From assembly GCA_963697895.1 (NCBI GenBank), contig OY969100.1:576001-640000 (forward strand): 64,000 nucleotides of DNA. Direction: 5' to 3'. The DNA comes from an uncultured Methanomicrobiales archaeon (lineage in GTDB: Archaea; Halobacteriota; Methanomicrobia; Methanomicrobiales; Methanospirillaceae). The position numbers were made by a program, and so were the translations under genes. Of the stretch, positions 31,843 to 41,871 are shown in pieces (positions within the stretch are counted from its first letter, which is position 1; each line of letters opens with the position of its first letter). Below the pieces are notes generated by a model. The model did no database searches and was not told where the DNA came from. It was given only the letters and a program-made list of their open reading frames with translations.

Positions 31843-32637
31843 ATGCACGTTAAGAAAGGCATCCTGTCCGGGTTTATCCTTCTGATCATCGTTCTCGCAA
31901 TCGTTGCATCCGGGGTGATGCTCAGCCGGCAGGCCGGGTCACCGGAACGACGATATTCCTATACCGTTATCCACGGGTATCCGCATGACCGGACGGCCTG
32001 GACTGAGGGGCTGGTCTATAAGGATGGTCTCTTCTATGAGAGCACCGGAAGGCTTTCGCATTCTTCCCTTCGGATCGTCGAGCCCCTGACCGGGAAGATC
32101 CTGCGGGTGCAGAACCTTTCCCCGCTCTATTACGGCGAGGGGCTTTCAATCCTCGGGAACCGTATCTACCAGCTCACGTACAGGAACGGGATCTGTCTCG
32201 TGTACAATCTTTCGACATTCGAGCAGATCTCAACGTTCACCTACCCGACCGAAGGCTGGGGACTCACGAACAACGGTACGGTCCTGATCATGAGCGATGG
32301 ATCTGCGACCCTTTCTTTTATCGATCCGGACACCTTTCAGGTCGTGAAGCGGGTCACGGTGCGAAACGACGGGGTCCCGATCTCAAACCTGAACGAACTG
32401 GAATACATCAGGGGAAAGATATACGCGAACATCTGGCTTACGGATAATATCGCGATCATCGACCCGGAGACCGGGGATATCGAGGGGATGGTGAATATGA
32501 CGGGACTTCTCCCGCAGTCAGATCAGGAGGGAGTGGACGTCCTGAACGGGATCGCGTATGATCCCTCAGCTGACCGGATCTTTGTTACCGGGAAATGGTG
32601 GCCGGACCTCTTCGAGGTAAAGATCGTGAGTTTATGA
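31843..32637 (+). CDS. glutaminyl-peptide cyclotransferase (plant/bacterial type)
   Basis: YPHD, TEGL, ESTG, GEG, YQLT, EGWGL, NLNELE, VLNGIA, VTGKWWP; N-terminal TM anchor. Confidence 0.92.
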   Translation: MHVKKGILSGFILLIIVLAIVASGVMLSRQAGSPERRYSYTVIHGYPHDRTAWTEGLVYKDGLFYESTGRLSHSSLRIVEPLTGKILRVQNLSPLYYGEGLSILGNRIYQLTYRNGICLVYNLSTFEQISTFTYPTEGWGLTNNGTVLIMSDGSATLSFIDPDTFQVVKRVTVRNDGVPISNLNELEYIRGKIYANIWLTDNIAIIDPETGDIEGMVNMTGLLPQSDQEGVDVLNGIAYDPSADRIFVTGKWWPDLFEVKIVSL

Positions 32638-32807
32638 AGGGAAATTTCTCCTGCAACCGCAGAAAACGGTGCCGTTCCTCGAGGAAAGTTTTACCGGGTT
32701 CGAGAACCCCGGCACTCCCCGTAATGAATTAAAGCGGTCCCGTCCGGAATGAAAGACACTCCTGTCCGGGGAGCTCCCGGGTCCTCCCGGTTAGAAAATT
32801 ATTTCGG

Positions 32808-33026
32808 GTGCGGGTATTCCGGGGAAACTATTTTTACGTCCCTGATCCTCCATCTATTCAGGAGATCGTGAGTAAGTACCGGCTGGTCGAGGCGGAGACC
32901 GGGATCGTAATCCGGCATTATATCCGGACACTGCCCGGGGCTGAGCAGGAACGGAAATGGTATGAAGAGCAGACCGGGAGGGAGATCCGTATCGTGAAGC
33001 TCTTCCGGAGCGACGGGTATCCATAA
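32808..33026 (+). CDS. small hypothetical protein (uncertain)
   Basis: 72-aa ORF with protein-like composition, GTG start. Confidence 0.35.
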   Translation: MRVFRGNYFYVPDPPSIQEIVSKYRLVEAETGIVIRHYIRTLPGAEQERKWYEEQTGREIRIVKLFRSDGYP

Positions 33027-33098
33027 TGCTCTTTTATGCAGATACTTTCGGACCACTGATCAGGGGTATACTCCTCCGCTTCGGAAAAACCAAAAATT

Positions 33099-33611
33099 TT
33101 ACTCTTTTAATTTCTCCAGGGATGCGCGGATAAATGCCGGGATGTCCGGCGGGCCCCGGGAGAAGAGAAGGTTTCCATCCTCCACGACGTCCTCGTCCAC
33201 GAACTCCGCCCCCGCATTTTTGATGTCCTGGACGATGGAGACCCAGCCGGTGATCCTCCGTCCCTCCAGCACCTGTGCGGTGATGAGCAGCTGGGCTGCG
33301 TGGCAGATACCGAGCACCGGTTTTCCTGAGCGGACGAAATCCCGGACGAACGAGACCGCTTCGGAATGTGCCCGGAGCTTGTCCGGTGAATACCCGCCCG
33401 GGATGAAGAGGACATCGAAATCCTGGACTGAGACGTCTTTAATCGCCGCATCAATGTGAACCTTCGTGCCCCGGGCTTTTCCGGTCACGGTCACGCCCTT
33501 TTTAAGTCCGACCGTTATGACGGTGTGGCCCGCTGCCCTGAACGCTCCTGCAGGTTCATTGTATTCAACATCCTCAAACATGTCGGCGATGATTGCAGCG
33601 ATCTTCTTCAT
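33099..33611 (-). CDS. pfpI: PfpI/DJ-1 family (type 1 glutamine amidotransferase-like) protein
   Basis: FEDVE, IPGGYSPDKLR, ICHAAQLL, SRGPPD. Confidence 0.9.
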   Translation of the reverse strand: MKKIAAIIADMFEDVEYNEPAGAFRAAGHTVITVGLKKGVTVTGKARGTKVHIDAAIKDVSVQDFDVLFIPGGYSPDKLRAHSEAVSFVRDFVRSGKPVLGICHAAQLLITAQVLEGRRITGWVSIVQDIKNAGAEFVDEDVVEDGNLLFSRGPPDIPAFIRASLEKLKE

Positions 33612-33728
33612 GGTAGCCCCATATCGGCAATGGGGATAAGATGCCTTAAGGATTCCTGCCGATCTATATCGCGATACGGATTCCTGATCTCTGTTCCTGC
33701 ATATAATCGAGTGGCGATATAAAAAAAA

Positions 33729-34106
33729 TTAGAAAGGAATCATTACTATCTGGATCTCCGGTAATTTTTGTGCGCCCGGCACCGTCTCCGAAATATTTAC
33801 CGCGATGCAGACCAGCCGGGTTTTCATCGGATCGAGTCCTACCTCCCTTAATTCCTCAGATATCCGGGGGAACTGGAAATCTTCTGAAAGATCCGTTTTG
33901 ATGAGGATATACTCACCCGTTGCGACAAAGGTCCCGCGAATGAGAATATAAGTAATATTGCCATCCGTTATCGTAAAAAGACAGTATTCATACAGTTCAG
34001 TCCCGTCGAGTATATCTCGTGACTGGAAAGAGGCTGACTTACCCAACTTTAGTTCCCGGCGAAGGATATCCTGGATCTTTTTGCTGCGAAACTCGAGCGA
34101 TATCAT
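33729..34106 (-). CDS. hypothetical protein
   Basis: 125-aa ORF, co-oriented with neighbours. Confidence 0.55.
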   Translation of the reverse strand: MISLEFRSKKIQDILRRELKLGKSASFQSRDILDGTELYEYCLFTITDGNITYILIRGTFVATGEYILIKTDLSEDFQFPRISEELREVGLDPMKTRLVCIAVNISETVPGAQKLPEIQIVMIPF

Positions 34107-34352
34107 ATATGTTCCAGAATACCGCTGCGGGCAGATAAATTTTCGGATGAGAGAACTAATCTGTTAACTTGTCCCAGAGTATAAGGCTTAATCGATTCTG
34201 GCAAAAACGAATAAGATATTAGGTCCCATCCCTGCTGATAGGGTAGTTGTCAATCGGGAGCAGGTACCTGATCCCATTGCCGCATGGCACTTCCTCCGGT
34301 AGCTGAAAGTAAACGGGGGAATATGAACCGGTCTTGGAAACGATATCCCATT

Positions 34353-34652
34353 GAAGATCCCTGTCCATAATGGGTCAGGAATCCCCGAAATATCCGAGAT
34401 GTTCCGCCGGAAAAGACGTCCCGCCCCTGCGGTTTATGGGTCGGATCTTTTATCGGATGGGTTTAGGATATCCCTGATTTTGCCCAACTACTGGAGGGGC
34501 GCTATTAAGCACCTTTTTAACCGGCAGTTATCAATCCTATTCGTTAAAAAGCGGATTATATCGATATTTTTGAAGGCAGTGTTCAGGGTTTTCCCGACAT
34601 GATATGTTAATCTCTGCATTTTTGGAAAAATACAGTTAAAGAGGGGTTATTT
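34353..34652. repeat. ~300-bp dispersed non-coding element, copy 1 (behind histone 1)
   Basis: Anchors GGATGG 34455, GATATC 34467, AAGCAC 34507, GATTATATCGAT 34554, GTGTTCAGG 34579, GGGGTTATTT 34643. Confidence 0.9.
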
Positions 34653-34720
34653 CATGCGAATGGATCGACAAAAGAGGCGCATTGAAGTGAGAAAATAGGA
34701 AAGAGTAAAGAGGGATTGAT

Positions 34721-34927
34721 TTAAACGGATTTTGCCGCGAGCTCAACATCCTCTTTTTTAATCGTCTTTCGTCCTGCATGCATTGCATATTTATTGGCCT
34801 CTTTGGCCAGGGATGCAATGTAGTCTTCAGCCTTTGCCACGAGCGAGGCAGCTGCATCGTTACCGACGCGGTCTGCACCACTTTTCTTCGCAATTCGAAC
34901 AATTGCTGCAATAGGTAAATCTGCCAC
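34721..34927 (-). CDS. archaeal histone (HMfA/B family), paralog 1
   Basis: LPIAAIVRIAKKSGADRVG...AMHAGRKTIKKEDVELA; GTG start with GAGGT RBS. Confidence 0.96.
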   Translation of the reverse strand: MADLPIAAIVRIAKKSGADRVGNDAAASLVAKAEDYIASLAKEANKYAMHAGRKTIKKEDVELAAKSV

Positions 34928-35345
34928 CTTGATTACCTCAACAGATAGTTATTTATATTCTATTTATATCTTCCTGTCAAATTCACGATGGATCCTGCCG
35001 AAACCGAATTTTGAGTTTCCGAAATGCCACCGGGGTCGATCGGATTTTATATTTTTAAGGAAATTCACCGGGTAGGAAGGACGAAGGAATTTCTGCAATT
35101 CTTTGGAATCAAGGACATCCAGGCTCATCCAGATAGATCCCGAATCGAAGAGGAATACGAGAACTCTTCCGAACCTCGATCATTTAAGTCCATTTGTCGA
35201 AGAAAAGACAGAGGGGCCGGATTTGAGATTACCCGACCGAATAAATCATATCGGTTTTTCAGACAGCAAGAAGGGGCCACAGGCAGGAAGTCAAAAAGTT
35301 CGCCCCTCCCCAGCCGCCTTAAATTTCAGGTATCTTGTCAGCATA

Positions 35346-36751
35346 TCAGAAGCCGGTATAATCCCGTCCATCCCATTTTGCCCGGCCCTTCAGGTACAGC
35401 CACCAGGCAGGCAGGAGGAGAAGAGGGGCACCCATGAGAAAGATAATGCCTGATGCGGCAATGCCGGCGAGAAACAGAGTCGGTATTCCCAGGAGAATCA
35501 TATAAAGGAGGAATACCTTCGCATTGTACAACATAACCCCGGGAGAGAGTCCCATGAGGTAAACGGTAACCGCGAGGGCATAGAAGGAGACAGATCCCCA
35601 GACCACGAGGACAAACAGGAGGTAGCTGCCGTATCCCGTTATCAGGGAAACTGTGATGAGCAGAATGGCAGGGATCACCTGGAGAACGGAGTAGGTTGCA
35701 GCCTTGCTGGTGATCAGGCGGGCAACCCCGAGCGGGAGGCAGCTGTAGACGCCGGGCGTGTCAAACTCGGTTATCCACGTGAACATGGTGGATGAGATGA
35801 TCCCGGTGATCAGGGCAAAAAAAACGATCAATCCTCCCTCGAACAGCATGCCTGAAAGGAGCGAGAGGAAGAACCAGATGATTCCGAGGGGAAGGAGAAA
35901 GGAAAAGAGTGTATGGCCTATTCCATTCCCGCTCCGGTACAGATCAAGGAAGTCCTTTGTGGTCAGGGGGGCTCGGGGAAGATCCGGAGGTCGCGGGAAA
36001 CCGGCGTGAAGAGATCCGGGTAACATTTTTCCGTATCATGATACTCGGTGGTGAAGAGGCCGAAGGCGAGGAGAAAGGGAATAAAAATCAGCAACAGGGA
36101 AAGAACCAGTACGAGGGGGGAGAATGCAGCATACACAAGGAGCGGGGGGAAGAAGAGCAGCGGATTGATCCCGGTCGCGGCCCAGGCGATAACCCAGACG
36201 ACAATTCCTATGACAACGAGAACTGCCAGGACCAGCCGGGAACGGGTGTAAATGACCGAAAGAAGAAAGATTACGGAAAGACCACAGAGAAACGAAAGAG
36301 TGATCGAGAATAGGAAGAGCAGGGAGCCTGAAACTGGGATCCCGAGGAATGGTGAGGCTACCATGAAGCCGGCACCGAAGGGAAGGATCCAGAGGATGAA
36401 ATAATAGATGATATCCTTGATCACGAAGTTGAGAAAGATGAACCTCTCCGTGAACGGAAGCGTGCGGCCCGAATAGGAGAGGAGACTCGCATGCCCGAAC
36501 CTCCGGTTCATGACTTCTTTTCCCAGTAATCCGAATCCCCCGACCATCATGCCCATGACGACAAACAGCGCGACGGTGACAGAAAGGACACTCCCCCCCG
36601 GGATTGCCGCTCTTATGAGCGGGAGGAGGAGAGCGCTCATGACGGAGGCGGCAAATATCAGGATCGGGAACAGGGCGAAACTGACACTCCCAAAAAGGGT
36701 GGAGTGCAGCCGCCATTCCTCCTTCAGCATTGCGAAGAAGAGATCAAGCAC
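35346..36751 (-). CDS. multi-TM membrane protein, likely ABC exporter permease; one frameshift
   Basis: ORFs 35963..36889 and 35346..36026 join across the G/C homopolymer at ~35966-35971; follows the ABC ATPase. Confidence 0.75.
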
Positions 36752-37469
36752 CTGAACCGCCTGTGATAAGGGAGACAAAAAAGTCCTGAAGGTGCGTTCC
36801 GTTCTTACGCACCTCATCGATCGTTCCGCTGTACAGCAGATTTCCCCGGTGAAGGATGGCAATCTCAGAGCAGAGATCTTCCGCCACATCGAGGATGTGC
36901 GTTGAGAAGAATATGGTGTTGCCTGCGTGCACGTAATCCACGAGATATCTCTTCACCTTCTCCTGTACCAGGGGATCGAAATTGATCAACGGCTCATCGA
37001 TGACGGCAAGGACCGGGCGGTGGAGGAAGGCCTGGGCAAACATCAGTTTCTGCCGGGTCCCCCGGGAGAGGTCCTTGCAGAGCACATCCCTTTTTTCGGA
37101 GAAATCAAGGAAATCAAACCACCATGCGATCTGTTCGGCCGAATCGCCCAGGTTACGGACACTGCTCACAAAATGCAGATATTCTTTCGCGGTGAGAAAG
37201 CTCGGGGGTGATTCCTGTTCGGGGATAATGCCCACCCGCTCCCGCACCCGAATCGGATCCGTGGCAGGGTTGAAACCGAGAACCCGGGCCGAACCTCCCG
37301 TGGGCCGGATCTGACCGGTCAGCATTTTTATCATCGTGGTCTTGCCCGAACCATTGGGCCCCAGCAGGCCGAATAACGATCCTCTGGCGACTCCAATGCT
37401 GACCCCGTTCACCGCCCGGGTCTCTCCGTACTGCTTAGAAATTGTATCCGTGGCTATGACCTGTTCCAT
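36744..37469 (-). CDS. ABC transporter ATP-binding protein
   Basis: GPNGSGKT, LSRGTRQK, VIDEP, STH. Confidence 0.93.
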   Translation of the reverse strand: MEQVIATDTISKQYGETRAVNGVSIGVARGSLFGLLGPNGSGKTTMIKMLTGQIRPTGGSARVLGFNPATDPIRVRERVGIIPEQESPPSFLTAKEYLHFVSSVRNLGDSAEQIAWWFDFLDFSEKRDVLCKDLSRGTRQKLMFAQAFLHRPVLAVIDEPLINFDPLVQEKVKRYLVDYVHAGNTIFFSTHILDVAEDLCSEIAILHRGNLLYSGTIDEVRKNGTHLQDFFVSLITGGSGA

Positions 37470-37778
37470 GCTGCTCCTTCCTGTTGTTTATGCCAAAGGT
37501 CAGATGAACATTATTTTCACGTTCATGTACATTTTCGTAACGTATGAATTGGTGAGAACATGGAGAAAAATAATGTCATGCGTAAAATAAAATAAACAAT
37601 GGGGAGGATCAATACGCTCGAGAAAATTAGTGCGGGTGATCACGGCCCTTCTAAAATTACAATGGGCCGGTATTTTTCAAAATTTTAACGGGCCAAGTAG
37701 ACCCTGAACCCGCCTCTACAGAACTCTCCAGAGCCGCGTCGCATACCCTTTTCGTTGCCGGTGTCGAACAAGTCAGGA

Positions 37779-38588
37779 ATGATCCGTGAACGCTTCCCGG
37801 TAATCCTCGTACACGGGTGGAACAGCCACCCCGGGGTCTGGAAGAGACTGGTTCTCCGGCTCGAGGCACTTAAAATTCCCTGCCGGAACTTTGATCATAC
37901 GGGATTGTGCGATATGGCATTGCCGGAGATCTCCGGGGCACTCGGTGAATACCTGCGAGGAGTGCGGAACGAGAACGGCTGGTACGGGCCGGTCGATATC
38001 GTCTGCCATTCGATGGGGACATGCATCGTCCGGTACCTTCTTGAAGTGACAGACGGAACCGTACGAAGCCAGGCTGTCCGTCAGCTGATCGGCCTTGGAC
38101 CACCAAACAACGGCTCGGCACTTGCAGAACTCTTCAATGACCCGGTACGGGGTGAAGAGATCATCAACCGGCTCACCGGCGTCTTTGTCCCGCAGGGATT
38201 CGATCCGGTCTCCGACCGCATCGTTCAGGATGTACGACCGGGAAGCCCGGTCATGCGAACCCTTCGCACTGCCGGCTTACGACCAGACATCACCTACCGG
38301 ATAATCGTGACCACAAATCCCGAAGACATCCCCGGATTTTTCCCCTGGTTCGAGGGAAAGACCTGGGAGATTGACGGGGACGGAAGATACCGGGAGACCT
38401 TGGACGGGGACGGGGTGGTGCCGCACCGGGAGTCGGTTCTTCCGGGTATTTCTCTCGATATCCTGTCGGCATCCCATGAAAAGGAGGAGCATCTGCCGTC
38501 TCCTGAACGGTACTGCCATATCAACCTGCCGAAAAATCCCCTGGTCATCGACCGGATCATCCAGTATCTGACGAGTCAGGCGGGGTGA
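37779..38588 (+). CDS. alpha/beta-hydrolase (lipase/PGAP1-like)
   Basis: ILVHGW, nucleophile elbow CHSMG, GPPNNGS, DGVVP, C-terminal His. Confidence 0.85.
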   Translation: MIRERFPVILVHGWNSHPGVWKRLVLRLEALKIPCRNFDHTGLCDMALPEISGALGEYLRGVRNENGWYGPVDIVCHSMGTCIVRYLLEVTDGTVRSQAVRQLIGLGPPNNGSALAELFNDPVRGEEIINRLTGVFVPQGFDPVSDRIVQDVRPGSPVMRTLRTAGLRPDITYRIIVTTNPEDIPGFFPWFEGKTWEIDGDGRYRETLDGDGVVPHRESVLPGISLDILSASHEKEEHLPSPERYCHINLPKNPLVIDRIIQYLTSQAG

Positions 38589-38819
38589 GGGATAAACACA
38601 CAAACGGATAAAAATTTTCTACAACTCCGTAACCCGCCGGATAAATTGCCAAAACGGTATGAAATCTCATAACCCGATACCCGAGGGCGAAACTGTTCGT
38701 TCAGCTTTTAAGCCAGTAAGCCTGCCCGCTGGTCGCTGCCTGTTGGATTACCCTTATCTGATGGGATGTTCTACCTTATCCTGATAATCAGGAGTATCTA
38801 CAATCCGGAAGGAAATAAC

Positions 38820-39188
38820 ATGAGAATACACGCGATCGTTTTAATCCTGTTCATTCTCGCACTATCCATCGGTTGCGCCACGGCCAGCGGCGTCCAGATG
38901 GGCAGCTACATGGACGTTACTTATGTCAACGTCGTGACCGACACCAGCCTCCGGAGCTTCCCGGCATCCGCGGACGTCCCGGCCGAGGCATCGTACTCGA
39001 TCCAGGCGAAAGGTGTCCTTGTGCAGACCCCGACGGGATTCGTCCTGCAGCCGGCAACCGGCTCGATCACCGCATTCATGAATGTTCACACGCCGGACCT
39101 TGTATACTCGGAGACAACCACGGCCAGCGGGTACATCGACAACTTCGTCAAGAACATGTATTACCAGGACGGGGCATTCCGTATCTGA
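38820..39188 (+). CDS. hypothetical secreted protein
   Basis: Signal peptide MRIHAIVLILFILALSIGCATA; beta-rich mature part. Confidence 0.7.
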   Translation: MRIHAIVLILFILALSIGCATASGVQMGSYMDVTYVNVVTDTSLRSFPASADVPAEASYSIQAKGVLVQTPTGFVLQPATGSITAFMNVHTPDLVYSETTTASGYIDNFVKNMYYQDGAFRI

Positions 39189-39298
39189 ATGGTATATGAA
39201 CAGAGAGAGGAACGGTATCGATCTTTCCTTTTTCTCCTCTTTTATCAGCTCATTACCGGCAATGGCGGGAAGTTCAGATCATTCGCATGGCATAACCC

Positions 39299-40141
39299 AT
39301 GAATAGAATCACAAAAATCATAACGGTCTCTCCAGTCTGGATAGGGACATCGGTTGCGGTCTCCGTGCTGGTAACAGCATCCAGTCTCTCTGGGATCCTG
39401 CGGGAAAATACCTATACCCAAGAGACCTATCGCCGGGCGCTTCAGTCGACCGTTCAGGATTATGTTACCTTCACCGTAGTGATACTGCTCCTGGTCAGCA
39501 CCTGTTTTGTTGCGAACCATTCAATCAGGGGATATCTCGTCTGGCTGGGGGCCTGCCTGTACCTTCTCTATTCGTTTATGATCTCCTCCTTTGCTCTCCC
39601 CTTCTCGTTCCTGTTCCTCATGTACGTCCTGATCATAGGTCTGTCATTTTACACGCTGGTCGGCGGGATGATGGCGGCTGACTGGGATACGATCGCACCC
39701 GTCCTGCGGGGAAATCCGGTGGCAAAAGCGGCCGGCGCCCTGCTTCTGGTTATCGGCGTCGTCTTCTCCCTTTTTTGGCTGTCAGAGATCATTCTGAATC
39801 TTCCTGCTGCCATGAATTCAATGGTACCTTCAGATATGCAGATCCCGGTCAGCCCGGTGCATTTCCTGTTCCTGTGCATCCTGCTTCCGGGGATCATCAT
39901 CACCGCAGTCTTACTCTGGAAAGAGAATCTCCTTGGCTATTTCATGGCGGTGCCGTTGCTCGTTTTTGCCGCAGCTGTGGCGCTGGGGATAATTGGTCTG
40001 GTTATCTCTTCCGCCATCCACCACCTGCCGTACTCGGTGCCGGTACTCGTAATATCCGGAATAATTCTGGTATTTAGTACGTGCTTCTCCTGCCTGTTCT
40101 TAAAAGAGGTGAAACAGGATGGGAAAACCATCCGGCCATAA
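39299..40141 (+). CDS. multi-pass membrane protein
   Basis: About 8 TM helices; WLGACLYLLY motif. Confidence 0.75.
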   Translation: MNRITKIITVSPVWIGTSVAVSVLVTASSLSGILRENTYTQETYRRALQSTVQDYVTFTVVILLLVSTCFVANHSIRGYLVWLGACLYLLYSFMISSFALPFSFLFLMYVLIIGLSFYTLVGGMMAADWDTIAPVLRGNPVAKAAGALLLVIGVVFSLFWLSEIILNLPAAMNSMVPSDMQIPVSPVHFLFLCILLPGIIITAVLLWKENLLGYFMAVPLLVFAAAVALGIIGLVISSAIHHLPYSVPVLVISGIILVFSTCFSCLFLKEVKQDGKTIRP

Positions 40142-40262
40142 GCAGGTAAACACCCTGGGATGCGTACAGAACCCTCATGAATCTCCCTACCTGCACGTTC
40201 CCGGGTTCGGGATTCAGCAACGAGCGGGAATTTGCCAGATATTAATCGATTGAAGGGTCAAA

Positions 40263-40595
40263 TCAGGTCCGATCGCCTGATGAAAACGACCTCATGCGAT
40301 CATCTTTGTGCTGGTGGTATTCCACCATTCTCCTCGCCTCTTCGACCGCATGCGGTATTTCCGGGATTCCGGTGAAGAGAATGCGTATCCCGTCGATATC
40401 ATCCTTGAGATAGGCAGCTTCAGGATAGAGCAGGAGGGTGATCTCCCCTTCCGGCCCGAAATGATGCTCCTCAACCTCTCCCCGCATATACCGTTCCCGC
40501 TGCTGCGTTGTCGGTGCAGCATATTTATTCTCGAATCTGAAGATACCCACGATACTTCCTGGCCTGTCTGGCCCGATATACGTGAGGGTCTCCAT
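40263..40595 (-). CDS. hypothetical protein
   Basis: 110-aa ORF with normal codon usage. Confidence 0.6.
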   Translation of the reverse strand: METLTYIGPDRPGSIVGIFRFENKYAAPTTQQRERYMRGEVEEHHFGPEGEITLLLYPEAAYLKDDIDGIRILFTGIPEIPHAVEEARRMVEYHQHKDDRMRSFSSGDRT

Positions 40596-40687
40596 CAGGC
40601 GTTATTTAAGGTATGGCGGGCGGGCTGAAAATGAATCATTAAGCCCGGGTCATGCGTCAGTATATAGCGTGCCGGGAGAGATCGAAC

Positions 40688-40855
40688 TTATCTCCTTTTT
40701 TTATTCCTCTGGTTAGCAGCGATTTTTTCTTTGGACGTCATCGGGGCAGGGGTGTCCCTGGCCCCGGGACTCTTCCCTTCTGATCCTGCGGGTGCTTTTA
40801 CATCAGTGCTCTCCGGCCTGCGGCTTGAACCTTTCCTGTTGCCCTGATCTTTCAT
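40688..40855 (-). CDS. small basic, probably disordered protein (55 aa)
   Basis: Hand translation MKDQGNRKGSSRRPESTDVKAPAGSEGKSPGARDTPAPMTSKEKIAANQRNKKRR; not in the ORF track. Confidence 0.6.
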   Translation of the reverse strand: MKDQGNRKGSSRRPESTDVKAPAGSEGKSPGARDTPAPMTSKEKIAANQRNKKRR

Positions 40856-41103
40856 GATTACTCTTACGGTGCGTAATCACATAAACATGCTCTGAAAAAT
40901 AGCGAATTTAAACGGATGGAAAGCATATAATTCTCAATTTCACACTTGTTCCCCATAATTTATTCTGCTGGAGTATTATCCGGCCGCGGGTGTTTCAGAA
41001 AGACGAACGTGACCTAGATCCTCTGAAGAGGGCAGATCCCTGGAGCCGGGTAGATCTCGGGGACTTTCCGCGATTGGTGCCTTCGTGGGATCTTGTCCTC
41101 GGT

Positions 41104-41256
41104 TTATTTCTTTCTCTTCATCTTCGCCGCATTCTTATCCTTCAGGGAGTTGATCTTCTCCTTTGACAGGGTTTCTGCGGCCATGGATGGTGGAGGAGCT
41201 TTGGGATTATCCTTTGCCTTGTGGCCTTTTGCCTTTTGTTCGACCGGTTTTTTCAT
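41104..41256 (-). CDS. small Lys-rich, probably disordered protein (50 aa)
   Basis: MKKPVEQKAKGHKAKDNPKAPPPSMAAETLSKEKINSLKDKNAAKMKRKK; shares SKEKI and a basic tail with its neighbour. Confidence 0.6.
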   Translation of the reverse strand: MKKPVEQKAKGHKAKDNPKAPPPSMAAETLSKEKINSLKDKNAAKMKRKK

Positions 41257-41380
41257 GAGAATACGTGAATAGCTGGAAATATAAACATGTGCTTTGGAAA
41301 TCGTGATATCAACCTGCATTTGATATTAATCACCGCTGACTGGAGACCTTTAAAAATTCACCTTCCATCATTGAGAGCAT

Positions 41381-41728
41381 TCAATCAGGATATATACTAT
41401 CATGTCCGGGGCGATGAGCAGTCTTTGGGGCTTTTTTTGGAGGGATGGGGGTCAGGTCAAAGATGTACGTGCAGGAAAGGCATCTAAGTTTTTCTTCTGA
41501 TTCATCTATCAGAATAATATTCATACTATGACATTCCGGGCAGGTTATTCCCTCCGTGCCATCTTGTTTTCTGTATCCCCGGTCTAAGACGATCATATCT
41601 TCGGCGCATATAGGGCAGATATACCCAATCGCTACATATTGAGTGGTTATTCCCCCATTTTTACGCTGAAAGATGCGTTCAAGAATTGAATCACAAACCG
41701 GGCATTTTTTTGTCGGATGGTTTTCCAT
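41381..41728 (-). CDS. double zinc-ribbon protein
   Basis: CPVC, CPIC, CPEC and CLSC pairs. Confidence 0.7.
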   Translation of the reverse strand: MENHPTKKCPVCDSILERIFQRKNGGITTQYVAIGYICPICAEDMIVLDRGYRKQDGTEGITCPECHSMNIILIDESEEKLRCLSCTYIFDLTPIPPKKAPKTAHRPGHDSIYPD

Positions 41729-41871
41729 AGCAGATATTATGCATTCATACTTTTTTTTCCTACGCCTTTATTGCATATGTTCATGGGCCGCGGAATATCA
41801 TCACCCCGGTTTATGAATAATTTTCTCTATTTTCTTATCATCAAGGACAAAAATGAATTATACAAAAAAAA

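Noticed and set aside
34353-34652. Repeat element as a MITE, IS end or CRISPR
   Set aside because: No convincing terminal inverted repeats, target duplications or transposase, and no repeat-spacer array. A decayed MITE would be expected to accumulate indels. Not fully excluded without a genome-wide search.
35960-35975. Programmed frameshift or phase variation at the G/C tract in the permease
   Set aside because: The tract is short and several other genes show similar single-base errors; assembly error is the simpler explanation.
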